A DNA stretch of 64,000 bases, taken from positions 147,988-211,987 of the forward strand of contig JBQPWD010000003.1 in assembly GCA_052246995.1 (NCBI GenBank), written 5' to 3'. The position numbers and the translations under genes were made by a program. The DNA comes from Candidatus Bathyarchaeota archaeon. GTDB lineage: Archaea > Thermoproteota > Bathyarchaeia > Hecatellales > Hecatellaceae. The notes below the pieces were generated by a model. That model did not search any database, was not told where the DNA came from, and saw only the letters and a program-made list of their open reading frames with translations. Below, piece after piece: positions 18,971 through 29,688 of the stretch. Each line of letters starts with the position of its first letter. Within the stretch, counting starts at the first letter, position 1.

Positions 18971-20888
18971 TTAAAGTATTTTTAACGCAACATTAAAAGC
19001 TTCATGAATTGCCTCTAAAGCCTTACGAGGTTCTACACAATCTCCAACCATGTAAACTTTTTCCTTAAATCTTTGTTTAAGCTTCTCTGCTAAAGCTTTA
19101 TTTGGTTTTGAACCTACAGCAAGAACTGTACTATCAGCCTTAATAAACTCCTCTTTGCCGTCCTTCTCTAAACAAAGTCCATTTTCCACTATTTTTGTAA
19201 CTTTTGCTTTTGTTAAAATTTTAACATTATGTTTTTTAAGAAACATTACATCCACCCACCTTGTTGTAACACCAACATCTTGAGCCAGTTTTTCAAGCAT
19301 TTCAATAAGAGTAACTTTCCTACCTTTTTCAGCTAAAAACTCTGAAACCCAAACTCCAACACCTCCCCCACCAACAACAGCAACCTCACCTTTAACATCA
19401 ACTTTCCCAGCTAAAACATCCCAAGCAAGAAATACGTTTTCCCTATCTACCCCGTCTATGTCTGGTACAATTGGTTTTGACCCGGTTGCAACAATAATAA
19501 CATCAGGATTGTATTCCTCAACAACATCTATATTAGCTTCAACATTAAGCTTAACATTTACATTAAGCTTCTTAAGCTGAACTTCAAAATACTCAATTAA
19601 ACATTTAAGTTCTTCATGTCCTGGAGGTTTAAATGCAAGATTTAGTTGACCGCCTAACCTTCCATTTTTCTCTAGCAAAGTAACATTATGACCTTTAAGT
19701 TTAGCTATTAAAGCCGCCTCCATTCCAGCTGGCCCCCCACCAATAATTAAAACATTTTTAGGTTGACGTGTTAACATGATTTTAACTTCACCTTCCCTAC
19801 CAGCCATAGGATTTACTAGACATGTTACATCTCTATTGGTAAACACCATGTCAAGACAACCCTGGTTACACGCTACGCACGGTCTGATATCCTCAATTCT
19901 ACCTTCATAGGCTTTTTTGGAAAATTCAGGGTCAGCTATTAATGGTCTACCTATGCGGATAAAGTCAGCTTTTCCCTCGCGAAGAATTTTTTCTGCAAGT
20001 TCAGGAGTGTTTATTCTTGTTCCAGCAATTACAGGTTATAGTTAGGATTTTCTTAACCTGCTCAGCTAAATATATAAATCCTCCTCTTGGAACATGGTAG
20101 GTTATTAAGGGTCTTGGTGATTCATGCCAACCCTCATGTGTATCTATGGCGTCGACCCCAATTTTCTCCAGTGCTTTAACAATAACTTTAGCTTCTTCAA
20201 TGGTGTTTCCCTCAGGCATAAATTCGTCAAGGGTAACCCTGCAAACAACTGGAAAATCTTTTCCAACTTTTTCCTTTATAAGCTTAACGATTTCAAGCAG
20301 AAACTTCATCCTGTTTTCTAAACTTCCACCATACTCATCTTTTCTTTTGTTTGTTACAGGAGATAAAAATTCGCTTATAAGGTATCCTCCGCCAGCCATA
20401 ACTTCAATAAGGTCAAAGTCAGCCTCTACAGCTCTTTCGGCAGCTTTAGCAAACTCTACTTCCAACATTTTAATCTCATTAACACCTAATTCTCTTGGTG
20501 TTTCACCTGTTAGACGTGATGGTATTGGTGAAGGTGCAACTGGTTGCCCGCCTACGATTGCAGAAAATGCATATCTACCAGAATGTAAAAGCTGGAGGCC
20601 AATTTTTGTACCATAATCTTTAACAGCTTTTGCTAGCCTTCTTAAACCATCAACATATTTATCATCGTAAATCATAATCATGCTTGGGGCTCCACCTAAA
20701 GGATGAACACCACACCCACCTGCAATTATTAACCCTGTACCTCCCTTAGCTCTCTCAACGTAAAAATCTATAAGCCTAGTAGTCACAAATCCATTATCTG
20801 CATAACCAAGATGAGTTGCGGACATAACAATCCTATTCATGATTTCCAGTTTTCCAATTTTACCCGTCTTAAAAAGATAATCAAACAT
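18971..20888 (-). pseudogene. Old Yellow Enzyme/FAD-dependent oxidoreductase (2,4-dienoyl-CoA reductase/NADH:flavin oxidoreductase-like), frameshifted
   Basis: TIM-barrel part (NRIVM, QLLHSGR, FLSP.TNKR.DEYGGS). Removing one extra base near 20036 restores IPVIAGTRINTPE...GRPLIADP...PCVACNQGC into the GGGPAG domain. Confidence 0.8.
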
Positions 20889-21039
20889 TTTGCTCCCTCA
20901 TATGCTTTAAAATTGAGTGTATGGTAGTATAATAGTATGCCCAGAATTTACTTTAAAAGTTTCTCTTGTTAACACTATGTTTTTCAATTTTTAATGGTTT
21001 AAATATCATAAAAATAGGTTAAGCTAGTAGGGTAAAGTC

Positions 21040-21288
21040 TTGGAAAAAGAGTCAAAGTTCGTGGAAAAAGTTGCGTATGAAGCTCTTGTAGATTCTACTC
21101 CATACCTTCAAAATACGGAGTGGATTAAAAATGTTGTTGCTGAAGGTTTGATGAAAAATGAAAGCTTAAATGGGTTTAAAGAATTTGTTGAGGAAAAAAT
21201 CAAAAAGGAGGTTGAAGAGGACAAGAAAGTTGACTTAAGAATTTATCTTACATTTTTTTTAAGGTTGTGGCGGAGAAAAGTTGGGTAA
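21040..21288 (+). CDS. Hypothetical protein, 82 aa
   Basis: ORF overlapping the lhr start, with plausible helical composition. Confidence 0.55.
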   Translation: MEKESKFVEKVAYEALVDSTPYLQNTEWIKNVVAEGLMKNESLNGFKEFVEEKIKKEVEEDKKVDLRIYLTFFLRLWRRKVG

Positions 21289-24136
21289 CGCTTTAAAATT
21301 ACTATCTTCAAGAATTGTTGAAGAAGCGAATAGGCTTGGTATTAAAACATTAACTGAAATTCAAAGTTTAGCCATACCTATAATTCTTTCAGGTGAAAAT
21401 ACGCTTATAATTGCTCCTACAGGTGAAGGTAAAACTGAGGCGGCTGTTCTTCCAGTTTTTGACATGTTTTTAAAATATAAAACGAGTGGTTTATCTCCAC
21501 AAGGTATAAGCATTCTTTACATCACTCCGCTTAGAGCATTAAATAGGGATATTTTTAGAAGGTTAGCTGGAGTTGGAAGTAGGCTTGGAATAAGTGTTGA
21601 TGTTAGACATGGAGATACTCCAACTAAACTTAGAAAATTTCAAGCTGAAACTCCTCCTCAAATGCTTATAACAACGCCTGAAACTTTGCAAGCTATTCTT
21701 GTCGGAAAAAGGATGAGAAATAATCTAAAGAGTATAAGATGGGTTATTATTGATGAAATTCACGAGCTTATCTCCGATAAGAGGGGCGTTCAACTTTCAC
21801 TTGGACTTGAAAGGCTTAGAAAAATCTGTAACTTTGATTTTCAAAGGATAGGTCTTTCAGCAACAATTGGAGATGAAAATGTTGCTGGAAGTTTTCTTGC
21901 TGGAAAAGACAGAAAATTTAGAATTGTTAAGGTTGAAAGTTTTAAGGATGTTGAATTTATCGTTGAAAAACCTCAACCAACAAAGAAAGATTATGATGAT
22001 TCTTTAAGTTTAATGATTCCCGCTGAAACGTTAGCAAGAGTTAGAAGAATACTTGAACTTTTGGAAAGTTACAGGTCAACACTAATTTTTACAAACACAA
22101 GAGAACATGCTGAATCTTTGAGTTTAAAAATTCGTATGTTAAATCCAAGTCTTAGCTTTGCAACTCACCATGGCTCGGTTTCAAGGGATGTTAGAATTGA
22201 GGTTGAACAGAAGCTTAAAAATGGAGAGTTAAAAGCGGTTGTATGCACCTCCTCCCTTGAGCTTGGTGTGGATATAGGTTTTATTGATTATGTTATTCAG
22301 TATCAATCACCAAAACAAGCTTTAAAGCTTCTTCAAAGGGTTGGACGTAGTAGTCATGTTGTTGGTGGTAAACCTAAAGGCTGTATTATAGCTTCTTGGC
22401 TTGATGATATCTTAGAATCTGCAGTTTTATGTAAAAGGGCTGTAAAAGGTGTTTTTGAAAAACCTTTAATTCATTTTGAAGCTTTAGATGTTTTAGCTCA
22501 TCAAATTATAGGGCTAATTTTGGATAATGCTGGCGAAATCTCGGTTGATGAGGCTTACAAAGTTGTTGTTAATGCCTATCCTTATGTTAACTTAGATTTT
22601 AAAGTTTTTTTGGATGTTGTTGAACAACTTAAGCTTGAAGGTTTAGTTAAAACTTACAATGGAAAGTTAAAGGCTGCATCTTCACATGCCTACAAGTATT
22701 ACTTTGAAAACTTGTCCATGATTCCAGACGTCAAACACTACCTGGTTATAGATTTTTTAACTAGGAGAAATGTTGGAAGTTTAGACCAAGAGTTCGTTGC
22801 ATGTCATGGTAAACCTGGAAATCTTTTTATTCTTCATGGTCTTGTTTGGAGAATTCTTAGAGTTGATGAGGAGAAAAATGTTGTTGAAGTTGAGGAAGCC
22901 GAACCCAGTCCTGCGGCTATCCCTTCCTGGGAAGGGAAAACAATTCCAGTGGAGTTTGATGTAGCATTAGAGGTTGGTTTTCTTAGAAGAAGACTTGCTG
23001 AAGAAGTTAAAGTAGGTGGTAACCCCTTAAAAATTTTGAACGACTACCCCTTAGCTTTTGATGTTAAAGCTAAAGTTGTTGATGAAATTGGAAAAAACGT
23101 TAAAGAAGGTTTTCCTATACCTTCTGATAAGCTTATTGTTATTGAGCTCTTTGAAAACTACATCATAATCCATACATGTTTTGGTGATAAGGTAAACAAA
23201 ACTTTAAGCATAATTCTAGCTTCAATTTTAACCTCAAAAATAGGTTTAGAAGTTGCTTTTCAGTCAAGCCAGTATCATATAGCCTTAATTACTCCTTACA
23301 AGCTTGACCCTTATATCGTTAAGAAGGAGTTAACCTCCCTGAAACCTGAAGACTTGGAAAAAATTTTGGAGGTATGTTTAACCCAAACAAATCTTTTTCT
23401 TTGGAGATTTTGGAATAATGCTAAAAGATTTGGAATTGTTTCTAAGGATGCTGAGTATAAGCTTTCTTACGCAAAAATTTTACTAAAAAGCTTTAAAGAT
23501 ACTCCAGTCTACATGGAAACTCTTCGTGAAATTTTTGTCGAAGATTTAGCCGTTGAGGAAACTAGAAAGATTATAGAAAACATTAATACTGGAAGTTTAG
23601 ATGTTGAAGTTTCTTCAAACTTTGAAAAACCATCAACTTTGGCTTTACCAATGCTTGATAAAATAGCTCCTCATGACCTTTTAAGGCCTGTTAAGGAGGA
23701 TAAAGATGTTTTGGATGTTTTAAAGAGAAGACTAAATAATAAAACTGTTAGACTTATATGTTTATTTAAAGGTGATTGGGAAACTTTAAGAAGAATTGAA
23801 AATTTACCTGAAAAGATTAAGTGTCCTTTTTGTGGTTCAACATTTATTGCGGTAACTAATGAAAGTGACGAAGATGCTGGAAAAGTGGTAAAAAAGAAGC
23901 TTAAAAAGCTAAAACTCACAAAAGAAGAGGAGAAAAAATGGTTGGACCTGTGGAAAACCTCCAGTTTAGTTCAAAACTATGGTAAAAAGGCTGCAATAGC
24001 TTTAGCTGCAAAAGGTGTAGGACCTTCTAAAGCTGTAAAAATACTATCTGGCGGATATAAAAATGAGGAGAAACTCTACATGGAAATATTGAAGGCTGAG
24101 AGAGATTATATTAGGACAAGAATGTTTTGGAGTTAA
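21281..24136 (+). CDS. lhr: Lhr-like SF2 helicase
   Basis: APTGEGKT, PLRALNRD, DEIH, SAT, HHGS, SSLELGVD, QRVGRS, C-terminal CPFC. Confidence 0.92.
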   Translation: MGNALKLLSSRIVEEANRLGIKTLTEIQSLAIPIILSGENTLIIAPTGEGKTEAAVLPVFDMFLKYKTSGLSPQGISILYITPLRALNRDIFRRLAGVGSRLGISVDVRHGDTPTKLRKFQAETPPQMLITTPETLQAILVGKRMRNNLKSIRWVIIDEIHELISDKRGVQLSLGLERLRKICNFDFQRIGLSATIGDENVAGSFLAGKDRKFRIVKVESFKDVEFIVEKPQPTKKDYDDSLSLMIPAETLARVRRILELLESYRSTLIFTNTREHAESLSLKIRMLNPSLSFATHHGSVSRDVRIEVEQKLKNGELKAVVCTSSLELGVDIGFIDYVIQYQSPKQALKLLQRVGRSSHVVGGKPKGCIIASWLDDILESAVLCKRAVKGVFEKPLIHFEALDVLAHQIIGLILDNAGEISVDEAYKVVVNAYPYVNLDFKVFLDVVEQLKLEGLVKTYNGKLKAASSHAYKYYFENLSMIPDVKHYLVIDFLTRRNVGSLDQEFVACHGKPGNLFILHGLVWRILRVDEEKNVVEVEEAEPSPAAIPSWEGKTIPVEFDVALEVGFLRRRLAEEVKVGGNPLKILNDYPLAFDVKAKVVDEIGKNVKEGFPIPSDKLIVIELFENYIIIHTCFGDKVNKTLSIILASILTSKIGLEVAFQSSQYHIALITPYKLDPYIVKKELTSLKPEDLEKILEVCLTQTNLFLWRFWNNAKRFGIVSKDAEYKLSYAKILLKSFKDTPVYMETLREIFVEDLAVEETRKIIENINTGSLDVEVSSNFEKPSTLALPMLDKIAPHDLLRPVKEDKDVLDVLKRRLNNKTVRLICLFKGDWETLRRIENLPEKIKCPFCGSTFIAVTNESDEDAGKVVKKKLKKLKLTKEEEKKWLDLWKTSSLVQNYGKKAAIALAAKGVGPSKAVKILSGGYKNEEKLYMEILKAERDYIRTRMFWS

Positions 24137-24173
24137 CTGGAAAATTTGAAAAAAATGGTTGATAAGAAGTTTG

Positions 24174-25160
24174 TTATTTTTTACCTTTTAATTCTAAGAT
24201 TAAATCTTTAAGCAAGGGTATAACCTTAAACATGTCTTCAACTATACCATAATCTGCTACATTAAATATTGGTGCTTTGGGATCTTTGTTTACAGCTACT
24301 ATTAATCCCCCCTTCATTCCAGCTACATGCTGAAATGCTCCACTAACACCTAGAGCTATATGAAGTTTAGGTTTAACTGTTTTACCTGATATTCCAATTT
24401 GTCTATCTTTTGGAAGCCAACCTTTATCAACTATTGGTCTTGAACATCCAAGAACCCCGCCAATAGCTTTAGCAAACTCTTCAACTATTGGAATATTTTT
24501 TACATCCTTAATTCCACGTCCAACATCGACAATTATATCTGCTGAAGAAATATCCACCTCTCCTACCGCAGCCTCCACGTACTCAATAAACCTCTTATAT
24601 TTAACATCCTCATCTGTTAAAGGTGAAGGTATGGAGATTACTCCTCCAGCAAGTGGCGGTTCAGGTTTTTCCGGGGAGAATACTCCTGAACGTACAGTAA
24701 CCATGTAACTTTCAGATTCCTTAAATACAACTTTACCATTAACTTTCCCACCATAGTACTGTCTTACAACACTAAGCTTCTTACCCTCCAAATCAATACC
24801 TATACAGTCTGTTGTTAAGGGTATTTTTAATGCTGCTGAAAGAGCTGGAGCTAAATCCATACCCATAGCGGTATGTCCTATAAGAGTTAGTAATGGTTTA
24901 CGCTCCCCAATAACCTTTACAAGAATCTTTTGATATGCTTCAGAGTTAAATTCTTTTAATCTTTCATCTTCAACAACTAAAACTTGGTTGGCATAATCTG
25001 AAACTTTTTTAGCGTATTCCTGTGCACCATACCCAAGAATTAATGCTGAAACATTTCCACCAATTTTCTTAGCAATCCTTGCAGCTTCAGAGAGCATTTC
25101 AAAGGTTATATCTCTAATTTCTCCTCTTCTATGCTCAACTAAAACAAGAATTTCCTTCAT
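24174..25160 (-). CDS. etfA: Electron transfer flavoprotein alpha
   Basis: GRG, SRPIVD, QIGISGKTVKP, GVSGAFQH, NKDPKAPIF. Confidence 0.95.
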   Translation of the reverse strand: MKEILVLVEHRRGEIRDITFEMLSEAARIAKKIGGNVSALILGYGAQEYAKKVSDYANQVLVVEDERLKEFNSEAYQKILVKVIGERKPLLTLIGHTAMGMDLAPALSAALKIPLTTDCIGIDLEGKKLSVVRQYYGGKVNGKVVFKESESYMVTVRSGVFSPEKPEPPLAGGVISIPSPLTDEDVKYKRFIEYVEAAVGEVDISSADIIVDVGRGIKDVKNIPIVEEFAKAIGGVLGCSRPIVDKGWLPKDRQIGISGKTVKPKLHIALGVSGAFQHVAGMKGGLIVAVNKDPKAPIFNVADYGIVEDMFKVIPLLKDLILELKGKK

Positions 25161-25161
25161 C

Positions 25162-25959
25162 TTACACCAACCCCTTTTCTTTTAATATTGATACAAGCTT
25201 TTTTGAAACCTCTCCAACATCACCAGTTAAAATTTCAGCTTGCTTAGTTACAGGCGGAATAAACAACTTTTCTAATACTGTTGGAGACGCTGGTTCTCCA
25301 ACATCTTCAGCCTTTAAACCTACATCTGCAGCTTTAAGAACTTTAATCTCCTTTTTTGCAGCTTTTCTAACTCCTGCAATAGAAACATATCTGGGTTCGT
25401 TAATACCTGTTTGAATAGTTAAAACCGCAGGCTTTTTAACTTCGACAACCTCTTCCAAACCTCCTTCAAGTTCTCTATGAACCTTTAAAACATCCTCTTT
25501 AACTTCAGCTATCTTCTTTACAAGTGACACGTGCTGAACTCCAAGAAGTTCTGCAAGTGTTACTCCAACTTGAGCGTAGCCATCATCTCCAGCCTGGGCA
25601 CCGGTCAATATGAGGTCATAATTTAAATTTAAACTTTTGATAGTGTTGAAAAGAATTTTTGCAATAGTATATCCATCCGAACCTTTAAAGAGGTCATCTG
25701 TTAACCTTATAGCTTCATCAACACCCTTTGCAATACATTTCCTTAAAGTTTCTTCAGCCTCCTTAGGTCCAATGGTTATTGCTGTTACCTTTCCACCATA
25801 CTTCTCCTTTAAAAGAAGGGCTTCCTCAACAGCGTAGTTATCCCACTCGTTTATATCAAAAACAAGACCTGTTTTCTTAATATCCTTACCTGTTTCATCA
25901 ATGGCCAGCTCAGCCTCAGCAGTATCCGGTACATGCTTAACGCATACAATTATGTTCAT
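25162..25959 (-). CDS. etfB: Electron transfer flavoprotein beta
   Basis: IIVCVKHVPD, AVEEAL, GAQAGD, NEPRY. Confidence 0.95.
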   Translation of the reverse strand: MNIIVCVKHVPDTAEAELAIDETGKDIKKTGLVFDINEWDNYAVEEALLLKEKYGGKVTAITIGPKEAEETLRKCIAKGVDEAIRLTDDLFKGSDGYTIAKILFNTIKSLNLNYDLILTGAQAGDDGYAQVGVTLAELLGVQHVSLVKKIAEVKEDVLKVHRELEGGLEEVVEVKKPAVLTIQTGINEPRYVSIAGVRKAAKKEIKVLKAADVGLKAEDVGEPASPTVLEKLFIPPVTKQAEILTGDVGEVSKKLVSILKEKGLV

Positions 25960-26040
25960 ATTTTTAACCTCCTCGACTGTTAGTAAGCTTGAACCATTTT
26001 ATTTATGAAAATATGTTTTATCTATATTTTAAGATTTCCA

Positions 26041-27180
26041 CTACAATGCTTCAGATACAAATTCGGCAACATCCATAACTCGTATAACATCCTCTTTACC
26101 CGTAGTTTTAACAGCATCTTCTAAGTTTATCAGGCAGAATGGACATGAAGTTAAAATTATTTCAGCACCCACCTCAGAAGCCTCCTCAACCCTACGCTCA
26201 GCTAAACGTCCATTTGGAAGGTCAAACCACATTCTCCCTCCGCCACCTTCACAACAAAGACTTTGAGATTTTGTTAAAATAAGCTCAACAAGCTTAACTC
26301 CTGGAATGTTTTCAATAACTTTCCTAGGTTCGTCGTAGACATTGTTTCTTTTACCAAGAAAACATGGATCATGGTAAGTTACAGTCTTTTCAATTCTTTT
26401 CGAAAACTTTAACTTACCCTTGTCTATAAGCTCTGAGAAAAGCTGAGTGTAGTGTTTAACTTCAAAGTTTATTTTAGTATTGTAGAGGTTTTTAAAAGCA
26501 TTGTAACAGTGTGGTGATGATGTAACCATAAGTTCAATGTTGTATTGGTTAAAAAGGTTTAGGTTATCTTCAACAAGAATCTCAAAAAGGCCTTTTTCAC
26601 CCATATGATAAACTTCATTTCCGCAACAGTTTTCTTCATTTCCAAGAGTTTTAAAGCTTAAACCAGTTTTCCTGTATGTGTTAACCAAAGCTTTACCGAT
26701 ACTTTGAGCTCTAGGATCATATGCTACCGAGCAACAAACAAAATATAGGAGTGGTACTGTTTCCCCTTCCTTTGCTTTTTCAATGTTTAAATCTTCAGCC
26801 CACGCCGACCTTTTATCTCTAATTCTTCCCCAAGGGTTACCATGCTTGTAAATTGATTCTAGCGCATCTCTGATTGTTGGTGGGACTTCTCCTTCTTCAA
26901 CAAGCCTGCCACGAACCTCTAAAATTGTTTCAAAAGGTTTAAGGTCTCTTGGGCATCTAATCATGCATGTTCCACAGGTTGTGCAGCCCCAAACTTCGTT
27001 TTCACCAAGTTTTGGTAGTTCTTTGCTAAATAAAGTTCTGTATATTATTCTTCTAATGTTAAATCCTTTAAACTTTAAAAATATAGGGCAGGAACCACTA
27101 CAAATTGCACACTGCATACACTGGAAAAGATTCAGTTTTTGCACCGGAGTCTCCATGGTGCTTGTCACGAGTCTCACCAC
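26041..27180 (-). CDS. HdrD/GlpC-like Fe-S oxidoreductase
   Basis: Two CxxCxxCxxxCP motifs and two CCG-type domains (ENCCG, YHDPC, CCEGGG, CPFC). Confidence 0.88.
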   Translation of the reverse strand: MVRLVTSTMETPVQKLNLFQCMQCAICSGSCPIFLKFKGFNIRRIIYRTLFSKELPKLGENEVWGCTTCGTCMIRCPRDLKPFETILEVRGRLVEEGEVPPTIRDALESIYKHGNPWGRIRDKRSAWAEDLNIEKAKEGETVPLLYFVCCSVAYDPRAQSIGKALVNTYRKTGLSFKTLGNEENCCGNEVYHMGEKGLFEILVEDNLNLFNQYNIELMVTSSPHCYNAFKNLYNTKINFEVKHYTQLFSELIDKGKLKFSKRIEKTVTYHDPCFLGKRNNVYDEPRKVIENIPGVKLVELILTKSQSLCCEGGGGRMWFDLPNGRLAERRVEEASEVGAEIILTSCPFCLINLEDAVKTTGKEDVIRVMDVAEFVSEAL

Positions 27181-27288
27181 AACTCTAACTAAAGCATTTA
27201 CAGAATTAGGTAATGTTTTTGCTGATAAAAGCTTTTTTCATTAAGGATTAAAGATAAATTGTTGTTAGAATCTAGATTTTTTTAGGGT

Positions 27289-28575
27289 TTGAGGAGTTTG
27301 AGAAAGCTTTTATATGTTGTTTTAGATGGTCTTGGAGATAGGCCTTCACCCAGCCTTGGTTGGAAAACACCACTGGAAGCTGCTGAAACTTTAAACATGG
27401 ATTTTTTAACTAAAAATGGTAAAACAGGTCTTATGTTTCCTATAAGAAAAGGTTTTGCGCCTGAATCCGATACCGCAGTTATAAGCATATTGGGTTATGA
27501 TCCTTTACAATATCCCTCATCACGTGGAGTTCTAGAGGCTTATGGTATAGGCTTAAAAATTGAGGACGGTATGTTAGCTCTTAGATGCAACTTTGCATAC
27601 GTAGATGACGAGTGGATGATTGTTGATAGAAGAAGCGGTGGAGATTTAACATTTAACGAGGCTTTAAAACTTACTGAATCCGTGAATAGAGAGGTTAAAC
27701 TACTATCAGAACCAGCCGAATTTATCTTTAAAAATACTGTTGGTTATAGGGGGGTTCTTATTATAAAAAGGTTAAATGGTAAATTATCCGGTAAAATTTC
27801 AAACGTTGACCCTGCTTATGTAAGAATTGGAGACGTGTCTGTTGCAAAAGCTGAAGGTATCTTAAAGGTTGAGAAGTCTAAACCTTTAGATGACAGTGTT
27901 GAAGCTTTTTTGGCAGCAAAGCTTGTAAATGAGTTTACTGAGAAAACTTTTAATGTTTTAAGTAGACATGAGGTTAACGTTAAAAGGATTAGTGAAGGTA
28001 AACTTCCGGCAAATATTATACTTTCGAGAGATGCTGGGAGTACTGTGCCAAAGTTTCCAAGCTTTAAAAAGCTTTACAATATAAACTTTGGGTTTATGGC
28101 TGAAATGCCTGTTGAAAGAGGAATAGCCATTCTTTGCGGAATGGTTGAAGTTCCTCTTCCACCTTCAACTGGGAATCTTAGAGAAGATTATGAGTTAAGA
28201 GCTAAGAAAGCTTTGGAATCAATAGAGAACCTTGATGGAGTATATGTTCATATTAAGGGGCCTGATGAACCTGGACATAAAGGTAAGTGTAAAGAGAAAA
28301 TGGAAACTATAAATCTCATAGATAAATACTTCTTTGGAAAAGTTCTTCCAAGTTTAGACCTTAAAGAAACTATTGTTGTCGTAACGGCAGACCATTCAAC
28401 ACCATGCACGGTTGGAGCTCATACCGATGATCCTGTCCCCCTACTAATTGCTGGTGGAGACGTTAAACCTGACGGGGTATCAAGTTTTAGTGAAAAATCA
28501 TGCGAGAAAGGAAGTTTAGGCTTGTTAAATGGACCTGAACTTATGCCTAAACTTATCAATTTGATGAGAAGATAG
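27289..28575 (+). CDS. apgM: 2,3-BPG-independent phosphoglycerate mutase (archaeal)
   Basis: DGLGD, TPLEAA, ESD, HIKGPDEPGH, TADHSTP, HTDDPVP. Confidence 0.9.
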   Translation: MRSLRKLLYVVLDGLGDRPSPSLGWKTPLEAAETLNMDFLTKNGKTGLMFPIRKGFAPESDTAVISILGYDPLQYPSSRGVLEAYGIGLKIEDGMLALRCNFAYVDDEWMIVDRRSGGDLTFNEALKLTESVNREVKLLSEPAEFIFKNTVGYRGVLIIKRLNGKLSGKISNVDPAYVRIGDVSVAKAEGILKVEKSKPLDDSVEAFLAAKLVNEFTEKTFNVLSRHEVNVKRISEGKLPANIILSRDAGSTVPKFPSFKKLYNINFGFMAEMPVERGIAILCGMVEVPLPPSTGNLREDYELRAKKALESIENLDGVYVHIKGPDEPGHKGKCKEKMETINLIDKYFFGKVLPSLDLKETIVVVTADHSTPCTVGAHTDDPVPLLIAGGDVKPDGVSSFSEKSCEKGSLGLLNGPELMPKLINLMRR

Positions 28576-28587
28576 GTTTGTAGCTGT

Positions 28588-29154
28588 TTATTCTTGGGCT
28601 GTTAAGAGTGCAACTCTTTCTAAAACAAGTTTTTCTAAAACTTCATTTAAGGTATTTTTCCCGGTTTTTAAAGTTTTAATTTCAGTATTTGAGATTTTAA
28701 ATGTCTTCATAATTTTTTTGGTTTTTTCTTTAGAGTAAATGTTTATAATGTTGTTATCAACCTCCCCCACGGTCAAAGACTTGACAAAGCTTAAAATTTC
28801 TTCAACTACTGTCTCGTTTTCTTCATTAAAAATGGCTAAGACAATGTTTTTTGTTTCACTTGTTAAACCTACAAGCTCAAAAGCTTTTTTAATCTGTCTT
28901 TGCCCTGAAACGTATAGCGTAACTTCAACGGAAAGGTTTTTTGATATATTTTTACCTAACTTAAAAGCTTTAACAGAATTTAAAAATGCAAGCTCAATAT
29001 GTTTACTACTAACAATTTTGTCAGCGTCAAAAATTTGAAAATCGGTGTTAGGAAATCTTTTCCTAAGTTTTGCTAAAAAAGCTTCAACATCACCTATGTT
29101 AACATTTTTTAAACTGGTAATCCTTAACTTTAAACTTTCATTAACCATAATCAT
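28588..29154 (-). CDS. cgi121: KEOPS complex subunit Cgi121
   Basis: QIFDAD, NISKNLSVEV.LY.SG.RQI.KA, terminal LERVAL. Confidence 0.85.
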   Translation of the reverse strand: MIMVNESLKLRITSLKNVNIGDVEAFLAKLRKRFPNTDFQIFDADKIVSSKHIELAFLNSVKAFKLGKNISKNLSVEVTLYVSGQRQIKKAFELVGLTSETKNIVLAIFNEENETVVEEILSFVKSLTVGEVDNNIINIYSKEKTKKIMKTFKISNTEIKTLKTGKNTLNEVLEKLVLERVALLTAQE

Positions 29155-29385
29155 TTAACCATACCATTACATTAAATCCCTTAATAATAGAAATTTTTCA
29201 AGGTTTAAGGTTTTCCGGCAAAAACTACTATATTTTGATAACAGTTCTTAAGCGGGTTAGAGGAGTTTTATTGCTAATTTTAATGTTTACAGGCATTTTT
29301 CTTAGAAAAAAATTTAGAAATGTAAACGTTTTATAGCGTCTTTAAGTTAAATTTCTAATTGTACGCTAGTAAAGGGTGAGTTAAA

Positions 29386-29676
29386 CTGAAAAGAAGACTT
29401 TTAGATTTTCTTGCATGTGCTATGTGTAAATCTTACCCTCTAGAGTTGTACGTTTTTGAGGAAAAAGATGAGATTGTTGAGGGTTTGCTTGTATGCCCTA
29501 ACTCTGAGTGTAAAATGTGGTATCCAATAATAGATGAAATTCCACACTGCCTTCCACCAGAATTAAGAAGTAAGAATGAGGATTTAGCCTTCCTTAAAAG
29601 GTGGAAGGATAAAATACCTTTAAAGGTTTTAAAGGAAGGAAAACCCTTTAACCTTTCAGAAGAACTAACAAGTTGA
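29386..29676 (+). CDS. trm112: Trm112 family protein, probable CTG start
   Basis: (M)KRRLLDFLACAMCKSYPLEL...EGLLVC..C..WYPIIDEIP. SD GGTGA upstream and an in-frame TGA at 29377. Confidence 0.8.
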   Translation: MKRRLLDFLACAMCKSYPLELYVFEEKDEIVEGLLVCPNSECKMWYPIIDEIPHCLPPELRSKNEDLAFLKRWKDKIPLKVLKEGKPFNLSEELTS

Positions 29677-29688
29677 AAGGTTTTTTTT

